Assembly (NCBI GenBank): GCA_964016885.1
Contig: OZ024740.1
Span: forward strand, 381,300,001-381,364,000
Length of the DNA stretch: 64,000 nt
Reading direction: 5' to 3'
Source: Eledone cirrhosa
Lineage: Eukaryota
Numbering within the stretch: position 1 is the first letter of the stretch; each line of letters opens with the position of its first letter. The translations under genes were made by a program, and so were the position numbers. The notes below the pieces were generated by a model. It was not told the origin of the DNA. It saw only the letters and a program-made list of their open reading frames with translations, and made no database searches. Below are positions 13,890 to 26,719 of this stretch, piece after piece.

Positions 13890-14240
13890 TTGAGATAAAA
13901 AAACTGAGATAAAAAAACTGAGATAAAAAAACTGAGATAAAAAAACTGAGATAAAAAAACTGAGATAAAAAAACTGAGATAAAAAAACTGAGATAAAAAA
14001 ACTGAGATAAAAAAACTGAGATAAAAAAACTGAGATAAAAAAACTGAGATAAAAAAACTGAGATAAAAAAACTGAGATAAAAAAACTGAGATAAAAAAAC
14101 TGAGATAAAAAAACTGAGATAAAAAAACTGAGATAAAAAAACTGAGATAAAAAAACTGAGATAAAAAAACTGAGATAAAAAAACTGAGATAAAAAAACTG
14201 AGATAAAAAAACTGAGATAAAAAAACTGAGATAAAAAAAA
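13890..14240 (+). repeat. 14-bp tandem array (CTGAGATAAAAAAA), 25 units, at the fold-back apex
   Basis: 24 perfect units from 13904 plus a leading TTGAGAT unit; only about 3 imperfect inverted units on the other arm (14241-14285). Confidence 0.97.
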
Positions 14241-14659
14241 CTCAGTTTTTTTATCTCAGTTTTTTTATTTCAGTTTTTATCTCAACTCTGATATAAACCT
14301 AGGAATTTTAAACTAGACATATGATCATTATTTTTCACACATTATTGATACGTGTCTCATTCATGAATACTGATATTTACATTATAATACCTAATTCATA
14401 CGAATTGATATTTTTACATTGATGAAACATAATGTTTTAAATCTGCCTCGTTTATGTCTGGATATTTTCTTTTCTCTCTATGTAACGGCTGTTTTCTCTC
14501 CTAACCACATATATCTCTCTCTACCTTAATACTAGAACTAAATAAATAAATAAATAAATATATCATTGATACGTCATTCAACTGGTGCCCAACTACCTAT
14601 TTTCTTTCTCTGTATCTCTATCTATATCTCTCTATTTTTTTCTCTCTCTCTCTCCTCTC

Positions 14660-14692
<33 letters not shown>

Positions 14693-14946
14693 ATCTCCCT
14701 CTGTGTTTTTTTCCTCTCTCTATATATCTCTCTCTGTTTCTTTACATGAATTTCTTCTCTCTATCTATCTCTCTATATCTATCTCTCTCTATTTAGTTGC
14801 ATGCATTTCTTCTTTTTCTTCGCTTTTTTTCTTTCTTTCTTTTTATAACTGTCCCTAACATTTTTCACTACCAAATCAACTTTTTAAATGGAAGTTGAAG
14901 TTGAAAGGTATGTCAAATCTATCTATTTATAAGACTGTTTATATTG

Positions 14947-15012
14947 TATTTTGTCTGAAGAAGGCATACCATATTTTTAATATGATATCCCTGAAATATA
15001 TATAATGAAATA
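14947..15012 (+). ncRNA. Minimal type I hammerhead ribozyme motif (Penelope-type)
   Basis: stem I TATTTTGT/ATGAAATA (8 bp, 2 G-U); core CTGAAGA 14955-14961; stem II 14 bp with 2 mismatches; GAAA 14993-14996; stem III 2 bp with palindromic ATAT loop; UA cleavage after 15004. Confidence 0.8.
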
Positions 15013-15341
15013 AATATGGTTTTATAAATATAGTTTCCATTTATTTAATATCGTAAATATACTCCAAATACTTGTTGAGTGCTTTTATATCAGTTATAAA
15101 TATTTACTCGTTGTAATCCAACAATTTAAATAAAACTTTGCATATATATATATATATATACACATACATACACACACACATATATATATATATACACACA
15201 CATACATACACACACACATATATATATACATACTTATATATATATACACACACAAACAAACAAGACCTTTTGCTACATTACAAGCACCCAATGTAGCGAA
15301 AGGGCTTGTTTGTATATATATATATGTGTGTGTGTATGTGT

Positions 15342-16441
15342 ATCATCATCATCATCATTTTACGTCCGCTTTTCCCTGCTTGCAAGGGTGGGACGGGTCT
15401 TATTCAGCACAGCATCTCTCCACTCGTCACGGTCCCTCGTCATCTCCACCGTGAGCTTCAATGATCTGAGGTCTGTTCTCACCACCTCCGCCCATGTTTT
15501 TCGTGGTCTACCTCTACCACGTCTTTCTTCAACTGGCAATTCCTGGCACTTCTTCACCCATCGGTCATCCTCCATGCGCATCACATGTCCATACCACCTC
15601 AGTCTCCTCTCTCGTACACTACCTTCTATCCCTCTCAGACACAGTTTCTCTCTCAATACATTTATGCTGGGTCGTTCACGGACATTTATACTGCACATCC
15701 AACGGAGCATGCTTGCCTCATTTCTCTCCAGCTGTCGCATATTCTCTGCAGTTGCTGCCCATGTCTCACTACCATGCAGCATCGCGCTCCTCACACAGGC
15801 ATCATACAACCGGCCTTTCGTACGCAGAGAGAAACCCTTCTTTGTCAACAGAGGAAGCAGCTGCCTAAACTTCTTCCAACCCGTCCTTATTCTAGATACG
15901 ATGGCCTCGGAACACCCTCCTCCCCTGCTAATCTGATCTCCTAGGTACCGGAAGCTATTCACCACTTCTATAGCGCCCTCTTGCATTTGAAAAATGTGTC
16001 TTTCAGTGCGACTTCTACTGTCTAATTTCCCTGTACATCTACTGCATACATATTTCTCCCTACCTGTTAGCTTGCCTGCTATCCCGCTACATCTCTTGTG
16101 TACCCAGGATCTGCATTGTGTGCATTTTATAGAATTTATGCCAGTTCCTTTTCTGCATATCGAACATGGCCATTTCCCTGACGGAATCAGGGTGTTGTCC
16201 TCTTTTCTACTCATCAACACTTTTGCCTTAGCTAGATTCACTCTCAGTCCTCTTGCTTCCAACTGCTGTTTCCATAGCCAGAATTTATTCTCTAGCTCCT
16301 CTACTGATTCTGCTATAAGAACCAGATCGTCAGCATAGAGAAGTTCCCATGTACAGCCAGTCTTAAACTCCTCTGTTATGGCTTGGAGGACTATAATGAA
16401 CAAGAGGGGGCTGATGACCGAACCCTGATGTACCCCTACTG
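15342..16441 (-). mobile_element. RTE LINE family B, 5'-truncated, open frame to ...[12 protein letters not shown], essentially no 3' UTR
   Basis: [21 protein letters not shown] finger, [24 protein letters not shown]; stop codon abuts the (ATG)n tail; nucleotide sequence clearly distinct from family A. Confidence 0.93.
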
Positions 16442-16467
16442 TGTATATATATATATATGTGTGTGTG

Positions 16468-16512
<45 letters not shown>

Positions 16513-17326
16513 GTGTGTGTGTGTATGTGTATATATATATATATGTGTGTATGTGTATATATATATATATATATGTGTGTATGTGTGTATATATATATAT
16601 ATATGTGTATATATATATATGTGTGTGTATGTGTATATATATATATATGCGTATGTGTATATATATATATATATATATGTGTGTGTATGTGTATATATAT
16701 ATATGTGTGTATGTGTGTGTATATATATATATGTGTGTATGTGTATATATATATATATATGTGTGTATGTGTATATATATATGTGTGTATGTGTATATAT
16801 ATATGTGTGTATGTGTATATATATATGTGTGTATGTGTATATATATATGTGTGTATGTGTATATATATATGTGTGTATGTGTATATATATATGTGTGTAT
16901 GTGTATATATATATGTGTATGTGTATATGTGTATGTGTATATATATATATATATATGTGTATGTGTATATATATGTGTGTATATATATATATATATGTGT
17001 GTATGTGTGTATATATATATATATGTGTGTATATATATATATATGTGTGTATGTGTGTATATATATATATATGTGTGTATATATATATATATATGTGTGT
17101 ATATATATATATATGTGTGTATGTGTGTAAATATATATGTGTGTGTATGTGTGTATATATATATATGTGTGTGTATGTGTGTATATATATATATGTGTGT
17201 GTATGTGTATATATATATATATATGTGTGTGTGTATGTGTATATATATATATATATATGTGTGTGTGTATGTGTATATATATATATATATGTGTATGTGT
17301 ATATATACACACACACACACACACAC
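16442..17326. repeat. Compound (TA)n/(TG)n microsatellite, about 0.9 kb
   Basis: direct reading. Confidence 0.97.
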
Positions 17327-17403
17327 TGGCTCATATACACTCTTACAAATATGTGCATATTCACATACAGGCCCACGCACGCCTACAAAGATATATATAT
17401 ATA

Positions 17404-17935
17404 TCACCATCATCATCATTTCATTTTACGTCCCTGCTTGCAAGGGTGGGACGGGAACTGATTCTGGCTTGATTTCTACAGCTGGATGCCCTTCCTAACA
17501 CCAACCTCATTTACAGTGAGTGCTGGGTGCTTTTTTGCCGTGGCACCTCCACGACCACTTTGCAGGGGTCCCTATCATCTCATTTCTACAGCTGAGTATA
17601 CTGGACCAATTTGAAATAAAGTATCTTGCTCAAGGAAACAACACATCACCCGGTCTGAGAATTACCGGGTGATGTGTTGTTTCCTTGAGCAAGATACTTT
17701 ATTTCACATTGCTCCAGTTTACTCAGCTGTAGAAATGAGATGATAGGGACTGGGGTCCATACCATTCCACTGCAAAGTGGTCGTGCAGGTGCCACGGCAA
17801 AAAAGCACCCAGCACTCACTGTAACTGAGGTTGGTGTTAGGAAGGGCATCCAGCTGTAGAAATCAAGCCAGAATCAGTTACCGTCTCACCCTTGCAAGCA
17901 GGGAAAAAGCGGACGTAAAATGAAATGATGATGAT
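17404..17935. mobile_element. Head-to-head pair of 5'-truncated SINE family 1 copies forming a palindrome
   Basis: 17404-17662 (-) and 17663-17935 (+), (ATG)n tails pointing outward into (TA)n. Confidence 0.88.
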
Positions 17936-18225
17936 ATATATATATATATATCTTTATATATATATATCTTTATATATATCTTTATATATATATATCTTTA
18001 TATATATATATATCTTTATATATATATATATATCTTTATATATATATATATATATCTTTATATATATATATATATCTTTATATATATATATATATATCTT
18101 TATATATATATATCTTTATATATATATATATATCTTTATATATATATATATCTTTATATATATATATATATATATCTTTATATATATATATATCTTTATA
18201 TGACTGTGTATATATATATATATAT
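17935..18225. repeat. (TA)n tract periodically interrupted by TCTT
   Basis: direct reading. Confidence 0.95.
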
Positions 18226-18370
18226 ACACACAAATAGGATATATACAGTCATATAAAGATACAAATGGGTCATAGAATGGGTCATACATGAAATAATGCA
18301 TCTTGTTATAAGCATGCACATATATAAACAATATAACCATACACATACATATATACACACACATATATCT

Positions 18371-18424
<54 letters not shown>

Positions 18425-18484
18425 GTGTGTGTGTGTCTATGTATATATATATATGTGTGTGTGTGTATGTATGTGTGTATATAT

Positions 18485-18670
18485 GGAGGCACATGGCTTA
18501 GTAGTTAGAGCAATCGAAAGATGGTGAGTTCAATTCTCAGACCCGGTGATGTGTTGTTTCCTTGAGCAAGACACTTTATTTCACATTGCTCCAGTTTACT
18601 CAGCTGTAGAAATGAGATGATAGGGACCGGGGTCCATATCATACCACTGCAAAGTGGTCGTGGAGGTGCC
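18485..18670 (+). mobile_element. SINE family 1, 5' half
   Basis: ggaggcacatggcttagtagttagagc...gagttcaattctcagacc. Confidence 0.85.
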
Positions 18671-19197
18671 AACAGAGAGTCCATACTCTCCACGTATTCC
18701 ATCTTGTAACACATATGTTCTGTATATCTCCTGCTTCTCCTGTGTACTATCTCATATGCATACACGTTCCTCATTCTTCTTTTTTATATATCTCTGTGAC
18801 GTTATATCTATACTTTTAATATATTGCACATTTATTTTTTTTATATGTGTATATACATATGTGTATATATAGATGTGTATATATATGTGTGTGTGTGTAT
18901 ATATGTATGTGTATGGTTATATTGTTTATATATGTGCATGATTATAACAAGATGCATCATTTTATGTATGAGCCATTCTATGACCCATTGTGTATCTTTA
19001 TATGACTTTGTGTATATATCCTATTTGTGTATATATATATATATATGTATATATCTTTGTAGGCATGCGTGGGCCTGTATGTGAATATGCGCATATTTGT
19101 AAGTGTATATGAGCCAGTGTGTGTGTGTGTGTGTGTACAAGCACCCAATGTCGCGAAAGGGCTTGTTTGTCTGTGTGTATATATATATATATATTTA

Positions 19198-20288
19198 TAA
19201 AAGATGTAGTGGGATCACAGGTAAGCTAACTAAGAACATAGATTTTATATGTGGCTGGTGCTCTGGTGCAATAAGTAGCAGCAAGTGCCCACATAATACT
19301 AGCTCATTCCATTGCACAGATGGTTCTATAGAAATAGTAGACAGCTTCCATTACCTGGGTGACAAAATCAGCAGTGGGGGAGGGTGCTCTGAAAGTACAG
19401 TAGCTAGAGTCAGAACTGGATGGAAAAAGTTCAGAGAGCTTATACCACTATTAGCCGCTAAAGGGTTCTCCCTAAAAATGAAAGGCAGGCTGTATGATGC
19501 CTGCATACAAACAGCAATGTTACATGGCTGTGAGACCTGGGCATTGTGTGCAGAGGATATACGCAGACTGGAGAGGAATGAAGCTTGCATGCTCCGCTGG
19601 ATGTGTAATAGTAATATACGTGAACGGCAAAGCATAAACGAACTAAGGGAAAAATTAGAAATAAGAGGGATCAGATGTTGTTTACTCGAGAGAAGACTAC
19701 GTTGGTATGGTCACATGATGCGCATGAAAGACGACAGCTGTATAAAAAAGTGCAGGGCAATAAAAATAGATGGTAGCCATGGAGTAAGCAGACCCAGAAA
19801 AACCTGGGACGACATGATAAATTCCGATCTCACACACTTACACCTTTCCAAGACAATGTCACTGGACCGAGATCTTTGGCGCTACACAGTAATAGAGAAG
19901 ACCCGCCTTGCCTAAGTACAAAGTGAAACCTACTACAGTCAGTAGGCACCTCTAACAAAATACACCCCCGTCCCACTACCCCAACCCCATCCACACCACC
20001 CCTTTCAATGTAAAGTTATGTTGGTAGCACAACATCCAGCCCGAAACAAACGAGGTTGTGTAGGTGTCACGACAAAAAAACACACAGTCCACGCTGTAAT
20101 GTGGCCGTGTAGGTAACACGGTAAAAACCTCCCAGTTCCACACTGTAAATGTTAGGAAGGGCATCCAGCCGTAGAAAACCCGCCAGACAGTCCTATGCGA
20201 GCAAGACAACCAGTGTTGCCTCAAGTGGGAAAACTCCCGTCCAAACCCATGCAAGCGTGGATGGAATATGGACGTTAAACGATGATGA

Positions 20289-20291
<3 letters not shown>
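19198..20291 (+). mobile_element. RTE LINE family A, 5'-truncated
   Basis: ORF KRCSGITGKL...IEKTRLA, family A 3' UTR, (gat)n tail, (TA)n on both sides. Confidence 0.93.
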
Positions 20292-20346
<55 letters not shown>

Positions 20347-20352
20347 ATGTAT

Positions 20353-21079
<727 letters not shown>

Positions 21080-23289
21080 TGTAAAATCCTGATCGCGATG
21101 CCAAGTAGTTTCGGCTTGTGTGTTCAGCCTTATATAAACGATTCATGGGTGTTAGGTGGATGAATGAAGCATAGTTTTGTTAGTAGAGCATCAAATTAAA
21201 TAGGTCGTGGTATTTGTTCTAGCTGTCTGCTTGCTGGGTTCAAATCTTGCTAGTGTCAACTTTGTCTTTCATCTTTCCATGGTTGATATTTGTATTTATC
21301 TAAAGACCTTTCCTCATAACTTTAAGTAATAACCTCTATTAAGTTATGCTTCCAAACACTGAATTAATGATAAAATTAGTTATATTACTAAATCAGACAG
21401 TGTATATCATTAGAAATATGAGGGTTAATGTACTTAAGAAGTATTGAAACATTTTACCCCTTGTATCTCTTTAGTACAGTCCGTAACCTAATTATTCATT
21501 GAGATCCCACTGATTAGGAATAAATACTCTAGCAGAAAATACATCCATTTTAATCATTGTTCTCTGTGATTATGAAATGAGATGTATGTGGAAGGACTAC
21601 TTCTAGAAACTGAGCATTTTCTGCTTACAAAAGAACAACTATATTTAAATTGCAAATTATGTTATCAAGAAAGAATTATGGTGAGAAGAAAAATCATAAT
21701 TGTCTGAACCAAACTTTAATCTTTGAGAAAAAAGTCTTTATTTTTTTGGAATTTTATTCATACTTTGAGGTTAAGGTTCTCTACTACTGACTGACCACTC
21801 ATTCATGAGTTCATATCATACTTCAGTCAAAGTACCTAACTTTACTTGGTTTGGTCCAGTGTATCCCAATTTCTTGATTGATAAAATATCAGGCCCTACT
21901 GAGTAATTAGCTGTAGGAAGGGAATCCAGCTTTAAAAACAATTACTTCTACAAAAAAGAAAGAAAATTAATAAAATAGAATAAAAAATATCCTTTCTCTA
22001 CAAGTATGGAAAATTGTATATAAAACATCTTTGCGCATGTGTGCACACACATACACCCACAGACCCCCCCCCCCCCACACAGAGACCCACACAGATACAC
22101 GCATATACCCCCCCCCCCTCACACACACACATTTTAACAACCAGCAATCATTCCTTACTAAATAATTTATCTGTTATCATCAGCCAAAATTTTAGTCATT
22201 CTTTCTATATTTTATATAGAGGTATACATATAAACCATTATTGGCATTTCATGTTTAATTGCTAAAGAATGTTTAATTGCTAGATAATTCTCATTAATTA
22301 TCATCCTGTTGACACATTCTTTCAAACATCTACATTGTAAAGATATTAAGTAACTGTTAAAATGTCATTTGAAATTAAACTGACACTTTTATGTGTGAGC
22401 CCCCTATGTATAAAAAATTGGTATTACAGGAACAAGTGGGAGGGGATCTAAATAACAATGAATTTCAGGTTTTAAGCACTATAAGTCAGTCTGGATGAAG
22501 CAACCAAAGAAACTCGATTTCTTACATCCCGAAATCCATTTTTCTTTAAATCATCATTATTGTCATCATTTCATCATCTTCTTTTCAGCTTAGAGGCTGG
22601 ACAGATTCTTGTGGTTTGATTCAGTTCATATTCAGAGTTACTTCCCTCAGAGATGAGTTGGAGGACCATATCTTCCTCTTACATTCCAATTTCTGGCATT
22701 GTTTTATAGCTGTATCTATTTCAAACCCTCACCACTGAAAAGAATACACTTGGTGCATTTCATCTTGGCACCATAGTTTGAAAGCTTATGGCCTCTTCAA
22801 GTTTAACAAACCCACTGTACTCTACATTGTCTCTGATTGTCAACTCCTTTACAGTGGGTACATTTTATTGTGATAACATCACTAGAGCATTTGCACTCCC
22901 CTTACATAGAACAAAAGTCCAGTTCACTCTGCATTGTATCCATTCTTTGAAAGCAAAAGTGCACAATATTGTGGTTTGAAGGGGTGTGATGGCTTAATAG
23001 GGAGATAATATGGATGTAAAGTGAGGAAAAATATTTTGGAGGATGTTTAAATTTTTGACTTTTACGTTCATTGTTAAACAGATTTTAATTAGGTGAATTA
23101 TCTGAAAACATTTAGTCTTAAAAATGAGCTGTTACAGGACAGCATGGATACATGGGGCAGCATGGATACATATAAAATAAGGATGTGTTCACTTCTTTTT
23201 AGAAGGTTGCTTATACTGACTGATTTACTGAAATTAATGAATCAAGGATATATTATCTGAGTATTGTTTTTGATCTCACTTGGATAGTA

Positions 23290-23612
23290 TTCATTTCTAA
23301 CTTGGGCACAAGACTTCAAATTCTTGTGAAGAGTATTCTCAATTAATTTGACTCCAGTAATTGACTGGTAATTATTTTATTGACTGTGGAAGGATGAAAG
23401 GCAAATTCAAATTTTGGCAGTATTAATATTAATAATTGTTTCTACTTTTGGGACAAGGCCAGCAATTATCCCAGTGCATTACTGGTACTTTATTTTATCG
23501 ACCCCATAAGGATGAAAGGCAAAGTTAACCTCAGCAGGATTTGAACTCAGATCATAAAGGGAGGTAACTCTATGCTTCAAAGCATGGTGTCAAACCAATA
23601 CTGCCAATTAAT
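23290..23612 (-). mobile_element. Tandem SINE family 2 copies
   Basis: same central domain and B box on the minus strand. Confidence 0.75.
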
Positions 23613-23988
23613 AATGGTACTAGAAGATACCTTATAAAGGCAACCTTATTGATAGCCTTATTGAACAGTTAACATAGGACTGAAACATACTTTTTTTCAA
23701 TGTGAAACTACATTTTTCAATGTGATCATACTTTTTTAAACATACAATGCGATTTGAGGTTCTTTTGGATGCTATCTATAATAGAATTAGCAATAACATA
23801 GAAGCTTGGATTGAATCTTTCACAATTCAAAACTAGCATTAGCTTTCACTTTCTTGGTTACCATCTTTGTCACCACCACTACCACTACCACCACTTTATA
23901 TTTACTTCTTCATGGTCATCATTGTCATCATCATTATCACTGGCAGAGTTAGCGATATCAACTACAGCATCATTGCTTTTATTTTTTT

Positions 23989-24917
23989 GTGACAAAATCA
24001 GCAGTGGGGGAGGGTGCTCTGAAAGTACAGTAGCTAGAGTCAGAACTGGATGGAAAAAGTTCAGAGAGCTTATACCACTATTAGCCGCTAAAGGGTTCTC
24101 CCTAAAAATGAAAGGCAGGTTGTATGATGCCTGGATACGAACAGCAATGTTGCATGGCAGTGAGACCTGGGCATTGTGTGCAGAGGATATACGCAGACTA
24201 GAGAGGAACGAAGCTTGCATGCTCCGCTGGATGTGTAATAGTAATATACGTGAACGGCAAAGCATAAACGAACTAAGGAGAAAATTAGAAATAAGAGGGA
24301 TCAGATGTTGTTTACTCGAGAGAAGGCTACGTTGGTATGGACACGTGATGCGCATGAAAGTCGATAGCTGTGTAACAAAGTGCAGGGCAATAAAGATAGA
24401 CGGTAGCCACGGAATAGGCAGACCTAGAAAAATGTGGGACGAGCTGATAAACTCCGACCTCACACACTTACACCTCTCCAAGACAATGTCACTGGACCGA
24501 GACCTTTGGCGGTACTCAGTAATAGAGAAGACCCGCCTTACCTAAATACATAGACATGCCTACTGACTGTAGTAGGTTTTACTAACAAAACACCCCCCAC
24601 ACCCCATCCACACCACCCCCTTCTATTGAAAGTTATGTTGGTGCCACACCATCCAGGCCGAAACAAATGAGATCGTGTAGGTGTCACGACAAAAAAACAC
24701 ACAGTCCACGCTGTAATGTGGCCGTGTAGGCAACACGGTAAAAACCTCCCAGACCCACACTGTAAATGTGGTTGGTGTTAGGAAGGGCATCCAACTGTAG
24801 AAAACCTGCCAGACAGTCCTATGCGAGCAAGACAATCACTCTTGCCTCAAGTGGGAATACCCCCGTCCAAACCCATGCAAGCGTGGAACACGGACGTTAA
24901 ACGTTGATGATGATGAT
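23989..24917 (+). mobile_element. RTE LINE family A, 5'-truncated
   Basis: DKISSGGGCSES...IEKTRLT, 3' UTR, (gat)n tail. Confidence 0.93.
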
Positions 24918-25889
24918 GTCATCAGCAGCATTCATCTACATCCTATCTCACTCTAGCTATTTTCTAATACTTTGCAGTCTCGAGAAATTTCAGATTATCT
25001 TCTTTTGAATAGCTATAAATTCCTCCTCTTGAGAGTTTCTCTGTGTCTGTCACAAAGATCTTATATTTTCACAAGGCACTCCTTGTGATATTATTATGTT
25101 TGTTTTGTGGCCATTACCCATTCTTAGGTCTTATTATTTTTGATTTGTTATTATTTTTGATTTGTTATTATTTATTGCTTTTATGGTGTCTCTATTTTTT
25201 GGTTGTTTCTAGAAACCATTTGATTGTGTATTTAGTTTAGAATAAGTACATTATATTGTTTCATAAGAGGCTACTAAAATAGTTAGTGTGCCAAGAAGGG
25301 CATCCGACTGTAAAACATTGTCTCAGAAAGCACCCTATATCATGGGGTCCACAAGGGTAACCCATGCTTTAGTGGGAATTAACTTCTATTTTTTTCATAG
25401 ATGTTTGAATGAATATGCTCAATTTTGTTACTTTTTCTTTGAGATTTTATGTTTCTGTACAGTGTCATAGTCAGTTAGATTCATTGTTTTGTCAGCCTGC
25501 GTTAGAAAGGGCTTACTTGTACTAAAGTCCCCAAACACTAAATATCTTATTTTGATACAAAGTTTCTTAATCTTGATCTATTGTGAGATTTTGTTTTATT
25601 GTTCTTTTAATTTTGAATGATATTTTTTAAAAGGTTTTGAAATCTTTGACCTTTTTTTATTTACTGGTTTTAAAATAAGTACACTAAATCTCTGCATATC
25701 TTAAAAGGTGACTGATAGGTCATCTGACTGTAAAGGGAACTGGGATGAATATGATTATGGCAATAAAAGGGCAAGAAAAGCTAACCTCAGCTTTGGCAGA
25801 GAAAATGACCCTAAAATGGTTTTTGTTGAATGATGTTTTCCACCTACTTGTATATGTCTTCCGTTAATTATAGTTTATTTTTGTTTCAG

Positions 25890-26056
25890 ATGCAAGTGTA
25901 ATGGTCATGCTAAAGCCTGTGAAAAGACCACTGATAACCGTGTTCGGTGTGAATGTGAACACAACACTGCTGGACTAAGCTGTGAAAAGTGTAGTCGTTT
26001 TTACAATGACAGACCCTGGAGGAGAGCAACTGAAACTGATGCACAAGAGTGCTTGC
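25890..26056 (+). CDS. LAMC1: Laminin gamma-1-like, coding exon (LE1): (R)CKCNGHAKACEKTTDNRVRCECEHNTAGLSCEKCSRFYNDRPWRRATETDAQECL
   Basis: tttcag acceptor, gtaagt donor; CKCNGHA...C.HNT.G..C..C...YNDRPWRRAT is the first LE repeat after a laminin/netrin LN domain; downstream exons define a gamma chain. Confidence 0.93.
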
Positions 26057-26719
26057 GTAAGTGATTAAGCTAATTAAAATATTTAAATCTTCATTGTTCT
26101 GACAATTATATTTAATCCTTTTCACACCAACATGCCCAATGGTAGTTCTGGTCCCATGAAACAAGATGACTGCTTTTAAAGAGTTCCTATTTAAATTTAA
26201 ATCTTCCAACACAATTTTTTTTATGAGACCACGTTAGGTTACCATCTTAGTAATGAAATAGTTAATAATTTTACAAATCTCTTCAAACTTCTTCTTTATT
26301 AAATTGACACTAAGTATATTTCATCAGAAATACAGTCATGAAAGGGTTAATGAGGATCATGGAGACAACACATGTTAGAGGTTTTTTGGAGGTAGACCAA
26401 TGATACCAGTAACTTTGAAAATTATTTCATTTGAGCACAAACTTCATTTTTAGTAATGCATTTTTAATATATAGAGTACAATAACTTGAATTATTTGAGA
26501 CTATATCTGTATGGAGTAGAGGTAAACATCATTAAACAATACTTAACTAAACCAAACAAAAGTAAGAGTGAGAACTCAATATCAGAACCAAAAAGAAAAA
26601 GAAAATGGAGTTTAAAATCGGTTTCAATATATCACAATGCAATGAAAGTATTTGATACATTGCCACAAAAATAAAGTTTGAGCAGTTCTGTGATGATAAT
26701 GACATTGACACCCATTGTG

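Larger units (their letters stand above)
13122..15141. mobile_element. Fold-back insertion (Penelope pLTR-like): about 770-bp near-identical inverted arms 13122-13890 and 14281-15055, about 85-bp unpaired tail, (TA)n flanks
   Basis: arms are reverse complements base by base (tacgatattaaataaatgg / ccatttatttaatatcgta); hammerhead followed by AATAAA near each outer end. Confidence 0.85.

Noticed and set aside
13890-14240. Interstitial telomeric repeat
   Set aside because: 14-bp A-rich unit is unrelated to TTAGGG
13122-15055. Foldback/Mutator-type DNA transposon with long TIRs
   Set aside because: No discernible TSD or transposase; one-sided tail and hammerhead plus AATAAA favour a PLE-type origin
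16363-17498. Long ORFs of 230-650 aa rich in YI/HT/CV
   Set aside because: Translations of (TA)n/(TG)n microsatellite; only 15360-16441 of the 654-aa ORF is real (RTE)
25890-26056. Netrin assignment for the first exon
   Set aside because: LE1 is similar in netrins, but downstream L4 domain, nidogen loop and coiled coil define laminin gamma
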